From: an uncultured Acidobacteriota bacterium
GTDB taxonomy: Bacteria > Acidobacteriota > UBA6911
Length of the DNA: 64,000 nt
Reading direction: 5' to 3'
Assembly: GCA_964642735.1 (NCBI GenBank)
Contig: CAZXSV010000002.1
Location: forward strand, 16,354 to 80,353
The notes beneath the pieces were generated by a model. The model saw only the letters and a program-made list of their open reading frames with translations. It was not told where the DNA came from and did not search any database. Shown in pieces: positions 22,206 to 30,097 of the stretch (its first letter is position 1; every line of letters begins with the position of its first letter). A program made the position numbers and the translations under genes.

Positions 22206-22916
22206 AGCCAGGGCAAGGTATTCCGACAAGGGCGCCGGACGGCCATTGTCAGGCGTCATCCCGATGAGCCAATCCACATATTGGAAATCTTCCGGAGTGT
22301 CGACCGTAAGGCGGACGCCGGGATGCCGTAGCGCATCCGGAGGATCCAGCAGGGCGGTGCGGAACTCATCAGGATGTTCTTTGATATACAGGGTGACGTG
22401 CTCCCGGTGCCGGGGTTCCCGGGCGCAAAAATGAACCCTGGCCAGGGCTTCTGCGGCGATCGCCTCGGTGGCGGCGCCGTAAGGAAGTTCTTTTTCCATG
22501 CACCAATCCAGATGGCCAAATCGAAGCGCTTCGACGATCCTCAGGATCGAACCGATTTCGATCAAAGGATTGTCCGCGGTTGCGCGGATGACGATTTCCG
22601 GATGAAATCTGTCGGCCGCCTCCTGAAATCTCTGGAGAACGTCGAGTTCCGATCCTCGATGCACCCGAACGCCAAGCCTTTTCGCTTCAAGCGCAATAGC
22701 GTCGTCCTCAGGGAGGGTCGTGGTCAGCACTGCGGTATCGTGGACGGCCGGAGAAGCCTGCAAGCGCCGAATGGCTCTCTCCAGAATCGTCAGGCCATGA
22801 ATGCGCATCAGCGCTTTCCCGGGAAGACGGCGGCTCCCCATTCTCGCCTGAAGGAACGCCATCGCCGACGTTGCTTTTTCGGAGGGATTCCTGTTGTCCG
22901 TTCTAGACGCCTGCAT
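22176..22916 (-). CDS. Cytidylyltransferase (SpsF/CMP-sugar synthetase-like), flagellin glycosylation operon
   Basis: MAFLQARMGSRRLPGKAL...ILERAIRRL is the SpsF-type CTP-transferase N-terminus. The start may be the internal ATG at 22862. The C-terminal STRIIHEGS* is encoded by the repeat. Confidence 0.7.
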   Translation of the reverse strand: MQASRTDNRNPSEKATSAMAFLQARMGSRRLPGKALMRIHGLTILERAIRRLQASPAVHDTAVLTTTLPEDDAIALEAKRLGVRVHRGSELDVLQRFQEAADRFHPEIVIRATADNPLIEIGSILRIVEALRFGHLDWCMEKELPYGAATEAIAAEALARVHFCAREPRHREHVTLYIKEHPDEFRTALLDPPDALRHPGVRLTVDTPEDFQYVDWLIGMTPDNGRPAPLSEYLALASTRIIHEGS

Positions 22917-22941
22917 GCGTTTCTCTTTATCGGCGGTTGAA

Positions 22942-23658
22942 TCAAACTCTCAATAATTCTTCTATTCCGGATCCATAGTCGCGCTGGGCGGTCTCATAAT
23001 CTTCCCTTCGGCCTATGTCGAGCCAGTAGTCCTGAGACGGAAATCCACAGACTCTCTCGCCCATTTCCAGCAGCAGTTGGACCAGGTCTGGGAAATCCAT
23101 ATATTGGCCTTTGGGAATGAAGCGCAACACTCTCGGTTCGTAGACGTAAACGCCCATGCTGACATCAAAGCTGTAGAGCGGCTTCTCGCGATAGCTGGCG
23201 AGATCTCCGCTATCCTTGGTTTCGAGCACCCCAAGATCGATGCGGATATCCTTTCGGTGCATGGCGATGGTTAAGGCCGCCTGACGCTCCCGGTGATAGT
23301 CGACCAGCTTTTTGTAATCGAGCGCAGTGAGGATGTCGCCGTTCATCGCCAGAAAGGCGTCTTCCTCCAGGCCGGGAATCATTGCCAGCGGCCCTGCCGT
23401 CCCGAGCGGCTGCAATTCCCGGTAATAGTCAAGTTTCAAGCCCGGAATGTTGCGATGCCCGTTTTGGAAATAAGCCTCGATCAACTCCCCTAAATGTCCG
23501 AGGGAGACAAGGATGTCGCCGAAACCCTGTCGGACGAGCTGCCGGATGATTATTTCCAGAATAGGGCGGTCGCCAATGGGCACGAGCGGCTTGGGGAAGA
23601 TTGTGGTATAGGGGGCCAACCGAGTTCCCTTCCCCCCGGCAAGAATAACTGTTTTCAT
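22942..23658 (-). CDS. Sugar-phosphate nucleotidyltransferase
   Basis: MKTVILAGGKGTRLAPYTTIFPKPLVPI is the canonical NTP-transferase G-loop. 4-nt overlap with the upstream gene. Confidence 0.8.
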   Translation of the reverse strand: MKTVILAGGKGTRLAPYTTIFPKPLVPIGDRPILEIIIRQLVRQGFGDILVSLGHLGELIEAYFQNGHRNIPGLKLDYYRELQPLGTAGPLAMIPGLEEDAFLAMNGDILTALDYKKLVDYHRERQAALTIAMHRKDIRIDLGVLETKDSGDLASYREKPLYSFDVSMGVYVYEPRVLRFIPKGQYMDFPDLVQLLLEMGERVCGFPSQDYWLDIGRREDYETAQRDYGSGIEELLRV

Positions 23659-24662
23659 CTTTGATCGCCTGCGGCTTCCACCCGCAATTCCTTAACCGCA
23701 TCGTCGGGAAAAAACAACGCCGATTCGTAACAAGCCATCATGAGCCGGTCCGTGAATTTTCCGATGCAAGGCCGGACGCGGCGATCGCAGCATAATTCGA
23801 TGAGCCATGCGGGAAAGTCTGCGCCCGCCGCTATGGTCAGCGGAATGCCGCCCGAAAAACGCGGATTCACTTCAAATATTTTAGCGTCTCCGTCGTGCAG
23901 CTTCGCCTGGATATTGGCCGGCCCACGAATGCCGAGAGCCTCCGCAGCTCGCACGGCGAGCCGGATCAAACCGGGATGATTCAGCGTCTGGCCGCGATCC
24001 GAAACTCCCGACCGGATAACGATCCGTTCCCGCGGAACGACGCTGATTATTTTGCCGCTGAAGTCCGCGAGCACGTCGATTGTGAATTCCTTCCCGGGCA
24101 AATACTCCTGCACGATCGGATTGGGAATGTAATCCAAAAAAAACTTCAGCTCCTTCTCGTTCATTGCCGGGAATGCGCCCACGCTTCCGCGCCCGATCCT
24201 TGGCTTTAAAAACATCGGATAGCTCAACTCTCGGCGGGGCAATTCCTCCGGCAGCCATGTGCGGGCGAACGGGATGTTTTCACCCGACAGGAATTCGGCC
24301 GTAGCGCGTTTGTCATTGCAGACAATTCCCGTTTTCTCGCTTGAAACAGCCACACGGATGCCCCTCGAGAGGAAGTCGTCCGAGTGCCTCCCGAATAGAG
24401 GAAGCTCATCGTCGATAGTCGGGATCAGGAGGTGGATGCGTTCCCTGAAACAGATGGATTTGATGATCGGAATGTATTTCCGGTCTGTGGTGAGCGGCAC
24501 GATGTAGTGCCGGTCGCCGAAATACAGGCCGGGACTCAATTTGCTCATGTCCGTGGCGATCACGTTTCCACGCAGACCGAGTCTCACCAGCGCTTGATGA
24601 AACGCATGGATAAGCGCAACCCGCCGGCTGGCGGCGGTAATCAAAATATTGACTTCACGCAT
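23655..24662 (-). CDS. ATP-grasp domain enzyme
   Basis: 335 aa with an ATP-grasp layout (YPMFLKPRIGRGSVG..., EYLPGKEFTIDVL, FEVNPRFSGG). Confidence 0.75.
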   Translation of the reverse strand: MREVNILITAASRRVALIHAFHQALVRLGLRGNVIATDMSKLSPGLYFGDRHYIVPLTTDRKYIPIIKSICFRERIHLLIPTIDDELPLFGRHSDDFLSRGIRVAVSSEKTGIVCNDKRATAEFLSGENIPFARTWLPEELPRRELSYPMFLKPRIGRGSVGAFPAMNEKELKFFLDYIPNPIVQEYLPGKEFTIDVLADFSGKIISVVPRERIVIRSGVSDRGQTLNHPGLIRLAVRAAEALGIRGPANIQAKLHDGDAKIFEVNPRFSGGIPLTIAAGADFPAWLIELCCDRRVRPCIGKFTDRLMMACYESALFFPDDAVKELRVEAAGDQR

Positions 24663-25788
24663 GGCGTCTTTTCAGCGGATGGCCCCCCACGGAAGCGGCA
24701 TCCGGCTCCTGATTGAAATGGATGGATTCTGAGGAAAGCGGCGGCGCCAGATCCTCCCACTGCAGAATGGTATCTTTGGCGATATTGCGCCTTGCGATCA
24801 TCCCGACAAGTTTTTCGCATTGGCGCGGCTCAAGGCCGCTTCCCGGACGCTTGAAAGCAAGCATCCAGGGAGCGATCGCTTCGTCTGCGCGGATGTCCAC
24901 TCCCGCCACGATGCTGCGTCGGCTGAATAGGCGGCTTTCTTCTTCCACATCCGACGGCCTCTTCCTTCCGTCTCCCAAACTGGCTTCGACGTCCCTCAGG
25001 TTTCGCACCAGCATCTTCAAATCAACCGGATCCATGCTGGCTTTGTGATCGGGGCCGGGCGCCTGCTTGTCCAATGTGAAGTGCTTTTCAATCAGGACGG
25101 CGCCCAACGCCACCGCGACCAGGGAAAGCAGAATCCCCTCGCTATGATCCGACAGCCCCACCGACAGTTCGAAATAAGACTGGAGGGTCTGCAGCGCGCG
25201 AAGATTCATGTACTGCGGCGAGGCGGGATAGGAAGACACGCAGTGCATCAGCAGGATCTCGCTGGCGCCCGCCGATTTCAGATTCCAGATGGCGTCGGCC
25301 ACCTCGCTCAGAAAGGACATGCCGGTCGAAAGAAGAACCGGTTTGCCTTTGGAGGCGACATGACGCAGCAAGGGCGCATGCGTGATGTCGGAAGAAGCTA
25401 TTTTGAAAACCGGGACTCCCAGGGAATCTAAAAAATCGACGCTTTCTTCATCAAAAGGAGTGGAAAAAAACAGGATTCCGCGTTCATCGGCGTAGTTTTT
25501 CAGTTTTTTCTGATCCTCAAAACTCAATTCGCACCGGCGGAGCATCTGATAGGCGGATTCGACGCCGTCCGTCTGTTGGGCATATCGATCGCGAGATGGA
25601 ATCAAAAGACGATCTGCGCGGAAGCTTTGAAACTTCACCGCATCCGCACCCGCCTGAGCCGCGGCGTCGATCAGCTTTTCCGCCTGACTTACGCTGCCGT
25701 TATGGTTGATACCGATCTCGGCAATCACAAAAACTCTGGATCCCGGGCCGATGATTTTTTGGCCAATCAATATGTTATTTTCTTTCAT
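24655..25788 (-). CDS. Nonulosonic acid synthase (NeuB/PseI/LegI family) with C-terminal SAF domain
   Basis: VIAEIGINHNGS, FSTPFDEESVDFL, GLSDHS; 377 aa. Confidence 0.85.
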   Translation of the reverse strand: MKENNILIGQKIIGPGSRVFVIAEIGINHNGSVSQAEKLIDAAAQAGADAVKFQSFRADRLLIPSRDRYAQQTDGVESAYQMLRRCELSFEDQKKLKNYADERGILFFSTPFDEESVDFLDSLGVPVFKIASSDITHAPLLRHVASKGKPVLLSTGMSFLSEVADAIWNLKSAGASEILLMHCVSSYPASPQYMNLRALQTLQSYFELSVGLSDHSEGILLSLVAVALGAVLIEKHFTLDKQAPGPDHKASMDPVDLKMLVRNLRDVEASLGDGRKRPSDVEEESRLFSRRSIVAGVDIRADEAIAPWMLAFKRPGSGLEPRQCEKLVGMIARRNIAKDTILQWEDLAPPLSSESIHFNQEPDAASVGGHPLKRRHA

Positions 25789-25896
25789 GCGCTCTCAATT
25801 CCAGAAGATGGACTTCCACTGCAACAACGCTTCCCTTTTGAATTCCCGTCTTTTCGCGCCGGAAGCGGGACGACCTAAGCGAAGACGCCAGCCGGA

Positions 25897-26997
25897 TCAT
25901 CGAACCGCCTTTATATCTGCAAGCAAACTCGTAAATATCAGGTCGCGAATTACCTGCGAAACTCTCTGGACGCCCAGTCCGTCGACTATTTGCCGCCCTC
26001 GCGAGGAGAGGCGATTTCGATCCATGACATTGAGTTCGAGGGAGGAAAGCCGCTCGGAAAGGCGAGCCGGATCCAGATCGTCTCCCGGCCCGAGAGAAAT
26101 GCAGGCGCCTGCATTGGAAAAAGCCGAGATGGCGCTCTGCTGGTAGGAGTCATAGGACAAAGCCATTAGAGGCGTGCCGGCGCACAGGGCTTCGTATGAG
26201 GCCAAGCCTCCGGCGGCGACGGCAAGATCCGCTTGAAAAAGAATTTGATGGATCGAGCCTGTTTCCCAACGGAAAGATACGGGCCCCCAATCTTTTATTT
26301 CCAGATCTTCCTGCCCCCAAGCTGCAAACCCGGGGGCGCCTACCGCTTCCAGCGGGCGATTCCAGAGCCGCAAACCCTCCAGGACTTTCAAGAAGTATTT
26401 CCTCGAATCGCCGCCTCCCAAATTGATGAAGACCGTGCCGATTTTTTCACGGATCTGCTTTTTCTTTTCATGGAGCAGACGATACTCAGGATCCAATATC
26501 ATATAGGGAACGCCGCCGTAAATAATCGCGTCCCTGCGGGATTTTTCAAAAAGAGGCAAAATGCTGCCGTCGATCAAAACGTCCGAAGGAAGTGGATTCA
26601 ATCCCAGGTCGTGAACGCTCACAACCGGAATTCTTTTGGCGTTTGCACAGGCGATCAGCCGATCCAGCCCGGCTGAAATCCTGGTGTCGATGAGAATCGC
26701 TGAAGGTTTCGGCAAAACCGACCAGCTTCGGTCCAAACCTTCGGTGAAAAAGCGGAAGCCAATGTTGGCCAGCCGCTCCTGGCTCCAGCGGTCCGTCGAA
26801 TCGACAAGAAATATCGGCAGGCAGCAATCAAGCAGCGTCCGGACAAGCGCCACCGATCTCTTCAAGTGACCGAAGCCGGCTTTGGGTCCGGCGCCGGTGC
26901 GCACCCAGATGGGGGCCTTTTCCTGCGGTCCGAATGTAGCTCGCGAATCTGTCAGACTTTTGGCGCCAGATAACATCATTTGACAAGTCCGTGACAA
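25897..26997 (-). CDS. PseG-like UDP-sugar hydrolase / GT28-type glycosyltransferase-fold protein
   Basis: N-terminal GFGHLKRSVALVRTL resembles the PseG GxGHxxR motif. C-terminal GGLASYEALCAGTPLMAL is GT-B/MurG-like. Confidence 0.6.
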   Translation of the reverse strand: MSRTCQMMLSGAKSLTDSRATFGPQEKAPIWVRTGAGPKAGFGHLKRSVALVRTLLDCCLPIFLVDSTDRWSQERLANIGFRFFTEGLDRSWSVLPKPSAILIDTRISAGLDRLIACANAKRIPVVSVHDLGLNPLPSDVLIDGSILPLFEKSRRDAIIYGGVPYMILDPEYRLLHEKKKQIREKIGTVFINLGGGDSRKYFLKVLEGLRLWNRPLEAVGAPGFAAWGQEDLEIKDWGPVSFRWETGSIHQILFQADLAVAAGGLASYEALCAGTPLMALSYDSYQQSAISAFSNAGACISLGPGDDLDPARLSERLSSLELNVMDRNRLSSRGRQIVDGLGVQRVSQVIRDLIFTSLLADIKAVR

Positions 26998-27003
26998 AAC
27001 CGT

Positions 27004-27639
27004 CTATTGGGCAATGCGCGCCTTCTCACAAATAATTTTGAACATTTCTCTCCAGACCGGAACCATTGGAAGGATTTCGTACTCGATCAGATCGGCAATA
27101 AGAGCGAAATCGCTTTTTTCTTGTGAATCGATCATCTGTTTTAAAACAGCGATAAACTTCCTGTGGTGCTCCCTGGCCGGGACGCCCTGAATGACAGCGT
27201 CTTCAAGCAGAATGTGGAAGCCGGTCTGCAACCTTTCCAGCAGCAGATTCAGCCAGTACAAACCCTCATAAAGCTGCCTTAGGTTTTCAAAAGATTCCGG
27301 CCCGGGTGAAAACTGGAAACTGCTTGCCAATGAGGGAGTTGCGGCTTCGATGCGATCGAGATAATCGAGGGCTTCCACGATCGAATCGCGAGCGATCTCG
27401 CCCATGGTGCCGGTATGGATCTCAATCTTCCCCCGCGCTTCCAGATGCTGCAGCATTTCGGATGAATTGCCGGACAGTTCGTCCGTCGTCAGCGGAATTC
27501 CATCGATGTGTATCTGACGGACAACAGCGTTCGGCGGCAGGCAGGCGTCTTCAATTTGCTTGAGGACATTGGCCAAAGAAGAGAGGTCCATTGGAGGCGG
27601 AACTTCTCTCTCGTCAACATAGAACTTGGTCATGAACAC
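27004..27639 (-). CDS. Hypothetical protein, first gene of the glycosylation operon
   Basis: 211-aa ORF, 6 nt from the next gene, divergent from flagellin 1. No family recognised. Confidence 0.5.
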   Translation of the reverse strand: MFMTKFYVDEREVPPPMDLSSLANVLKQIEDACLPPNAVVRQIHIDGIPLTTDELSGNSSEMLQHLEARGKIEIHTGTMGEIARDSIVEALDYLDRIEAATPSLASSFQFSPGPESFENLRQLYEGLYWLNLLLERLQTGFHILLEDAVIQGVPAREHHRKFIAVLKQMIDSQEKSDFALIADLIEYEILPMVPVWREMFKIICEKARIAQ

Positions 27640-27729
27640 CCCTTTTAAGGATCCAGGCGATTAAGGATCGCCAAACGACCTAAAGCAACTTAGGGGCCAG
27701 ACCCGTTAAAAAAAACTGCGTATTTTGAT

Positions 27730-27757
27730 TAAACTTCCCGGGACTTTCCGACGATAT
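27730..27757 (+). promoter_or_regulatory. Sigma28-type promoter of flagellin 1
   Basis: TAAA-N16-GACGATAT, ~145 nt upstream of the ATG. Confidence 0.65.
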
Positions 27758-27831
27758 GCTGCAGCGGAAGTTGTTAGATCGGAGGCATTGAGGAACCGAA
27801 ACAAATTCCGCAAACCTCCTGCAGGGCGGCA

Positions 27832-27899
27832 GGGCACGGATGCCCATCGGATCGCCTTCAGGAACACCGACCCATTCCCAAGAATTCACGGAGGAATTC
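27832..27899 (+). promoter_or_regulatory. Two putative CsrA-binding GGA hairpins in the flagellin 1 leader
   Basis: GGGCA-CGGA-TGCCC (27832-27845). GAATTC-ACGGAG-GAATTC (27882-27899) is the second, and its loop GGA overlaps the Shine-Dalgarno GGAGGA. Confidence 0.4.
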
Positions 27900-27902
27900 A
27901 TC

Positions 27903-28766
27903 ATGGGATCTTTCAGCATTCTCAACAACATTGCCGCTTTATACGCCCAGAGCCAGCTGGGTCTTTCAAATGCCAACCTAGCCCAGACCATAACCCGACT
28001 TTCTTCCGGAAAACGCGTCAATAGCGGCGCCGATGACGCCGCAGGATTGATGATCGCCGACAGTCTCAGGGCGAACGTCCGCGCCCTCGATCAATCGGTG
28101 CGAAACGCCAACGACTGCATCAGCGTCGGACAGATTGCGGACAGCGCTTTGCAAGAGATCACCAATATTCTTACACGCTCGGTCACGCTGGCGGAGGAAG
28201 CCGCAACCGGGACCATGGATTCGACCGCTCGCGCCGCTCTTCATGCAGAGTTCAGCGAGATTCAGGCGGAAATTGCGCGCATTGCAGTTCAGACTAATTT
28301 CAACGGAGTGCGATTATTCACTCCGGCAGGGCTCAACGGCTCTCTAAGCGCATTCGTCGGGGACATTTTCGGCCCCAGCTCGATTTCAGTGACAATCGAA
28401 ACCATTGATACGTCCGGAGACACGGTGACTTCGATTGGCGGTCAGAACCTTGCGTCCGTCAGCCTTGTCGATCAAAACGGGGCGGTCTCGGCCCTGACAA
28501 CCATACGGAATGCGCTGATCGCAGTCGCCAACAACCGAGCGGTGATCGGGGCCGGATCCAACCGGCTGCAATCCGCAGTGTCGGTCATGCAAAACCAATC
28601 CCTAAACACCCAGGGCGCTGAATCAACGATTCGCGATGCGAACATGGCGCAGGAAATCTCGAACCTCACCAAGTTCCAGATCTTATCGCAAACGGGAACG
28701 GCGGCGCTCGCGCAGGCCAACGCAAACGGCCAGACTATCCTGTCTTTGTTGCAGGGCATGAGGTAA
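27903..28766 (+). CDS. fliC: Flagellin (short, ~287 aa)
   Basis: MGSFSILNNIAALYAQSQL...RLSSGKRVNSGADDAAGL N-terminus, and C-terminus ...ANMAQEISNLTKFQILSQTGTAALAQANANGQTILSLLQG. SD GGAGGA upstream of ATG 27903. Confidence 0.95.
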   Translation: MGSFSILNNIAALYAQSQLGLSNANLAQTITRLSSGKRVNSGADDAAGLMIADSLRANVRALDQSVRNANDCISVGQIADSALQEITNILTRSVTLAEEAATGTMDSTARAALHAEFSEIQAEIARIAVQTNFNGVRLFTPAGLNGSLSAFVGDIFGPSSISVTIETIDTSGDTVTSIGGQNLASVSLVDQNGAVSALTTIRNALIAVANNRAVIGAGSNRLQSAVSVMQNQSLNTQGAESTIRDANMAQEISNLTKFQILSQTGTAALAQANANGQTILSLLQGMR

Positions 28767-28806
28767 TCCTCACCCGACCGGGATAGACTGCCGCAGCGGG
28801 CGCACA

Positions 28807-28852
28807 AAGCGGGCTCTTTGGAAAGGGGGAGCCCGCTTCCTCTCTATTTTTC
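28807..28852 (+). terminator. Rho-independent terminator of flagellin 1
   Basis: 10-bp stem AAGCGGGCTC / GAGCCCGCTT followed by a T-rich tract (CCTCTCTATTTTT). Confidence 0.8.
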
Positions 28853-28864
28853 TGCATTTTCCTC

Positions 28865-28891
28865 TAAGCTCCAATCCTCTTCGGACGATAA
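28865..28891 (+). promoter_or_regulatory. Sigma28-type promoter of flagellin 2
   Basis: TAAG-N15-GACGATAA, ~140 nt upstream of ATG 29031. Confidence 0.65.
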
Positions 28892-29030
28892 GCAGCAAGA
28901 ACCAAAAAATCGGAAGAAAAGCCTTTGGGCCTTCTACTGAGCTGAGCGACTATCCCCTCGCCGAGGCGGCCAGAGCCTTGATCTGGTTGTTTATGAATGG
29001 CGGTAGCTCGGATTCATGGAGGAATTCCAA

Positions 29031-29888
29031 ATGGGATCATTTAGCATCCTGAACAATATTTCTGGTTTGAATGCTCAAAACCAACTGAACGTCAACAATG
29101 TCAACCTTTCACGCACATTAATGCGTTTGTCTTCAGGCAAACGAATCAATTCCGGAGCGGATGATGCGGCGGGCTTGCAGATCGCGGACAGCTTGCGCGC
29201 GAACACTCAGGCTCTGAATCAAGCCGTAAGGAATGCAAACGACGGCATTTCGGTCGCTCAGATTGCCGACGGCGCACTGCAGGAAATCACCAATCTGTTG
29301 ACCCGCTCGGTCACGCTGGCCAACGAGGCGGCGACCGAAACAGTCGATTCCACAGGCCGCGCATCTCTGAACGCCGAATTCACCGCGATACAGGCTGAAA
29401 TCGCACGTATTGCGAACCAGACCAATTTCAACGGCTATGGCGTTTTTACGACCTCAGGCATAAATGGCAGCTTAAGCGTTTATGTCGGGGATCTCACGGG
29501 CGCCAGTTCCATCTCGGTCACGATCAGCACCATCACCACAAGCTCCGGAACCGTGACGAGCCTCGGAGGCCAGAACCTGGCCGCTGTGAACCTTACGAGC
29601 CAGGATAACGCCGCAACTTCTTTGACGACCATCAAAAACGCCTTAAACAGCGTTTCCAACATGCGGGCCGGCATCGGCGCCGGCATCAACAGGCTCCAGT
29701 CCGCAGTGGCAGTGCTGCAAACCCAGTCTCAGAATACCCAGGCTGCGGAATCCAGCATTCGGGACGCCAACATCGCTGAAGAAGTGGCAAACCTGACCAA
29801 GTACCAGATCCTGGCGCAGTCGGGAATCGCCGCTCTCGCTCAGGCTAATTCCAACAGCCAGACAGTCCTCGGTCTGCTCCGTGGATAG
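29031..29888 (+). CDS. fliC: Flagellin paralog (short, ~285 aa)
   Basis: MGSFSILNNISGLNAQNQL...SGKRINSGADDAAGL, and a conserved C-terminus ...ANIAEEVANLTKYQILAQSGIAALAQANSNSQTVLGLLRG. Confidence 0.95.
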   Translation: MGSFSILNNISGLNAQNQLNVNNVNLSRTLMRLSSGKRINSGADDAAGLQIADSLRANTQALNQAVRNANDGISVAQIADGALQEITNLLTRSVTLANEAATETVDSTGRASLNAEFTAIQAEIARIANQTNFNGYGVFTTSGINGSLSVYVGDLTGASSISVTISTITTSSGTVTSLGGQNLAAVNLTSQDNAATSLTTIKNALNSVSNMRAGIGAGINRLQSAVAVLQTQSQNTQAAESSIRDANIAEEVANLTKYQILAQSGIAALAQANSNSQTVLGLLRG

Positions 29889-29908
29889 CATTCAAACCCA
29901 ATGATGTG

Positions 29909-29942
29909 AAGGCGCGCTCAAAGGATGAGCGCGCCTTTTTCT
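29909..29942 (+). terminator. Rho-independent terminator of flagellin 2
   Basis: 12-bp stem AAGGCGCGCTCA / TGAGCGCGCCTT running into TTTTT. Confidence 0.85.
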
Positions 29943-30052
29943 CAAACCTGCCGCAAGAGTCCCGGTGAATTTCCATGCCGGGACTCCCGGCATATTCCCG
30001 ATCAGCGGCAGCGACTGCAAGATTCTTCCGCTCCGTCCCTTCCCCTTTTTCT

Positions 30053-30080
30053 TAAACCGGATTTGCGCCTGAGACGATAA
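30053..30080 (+). promoter_or_regulatory. Sigma28-type promoter upstream of maf
   Basis: TAAA-N16-GACGATAA. Confidence 0.6.
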
Positions 30081-30097
30081 ATTCATCGGATGCCGGT

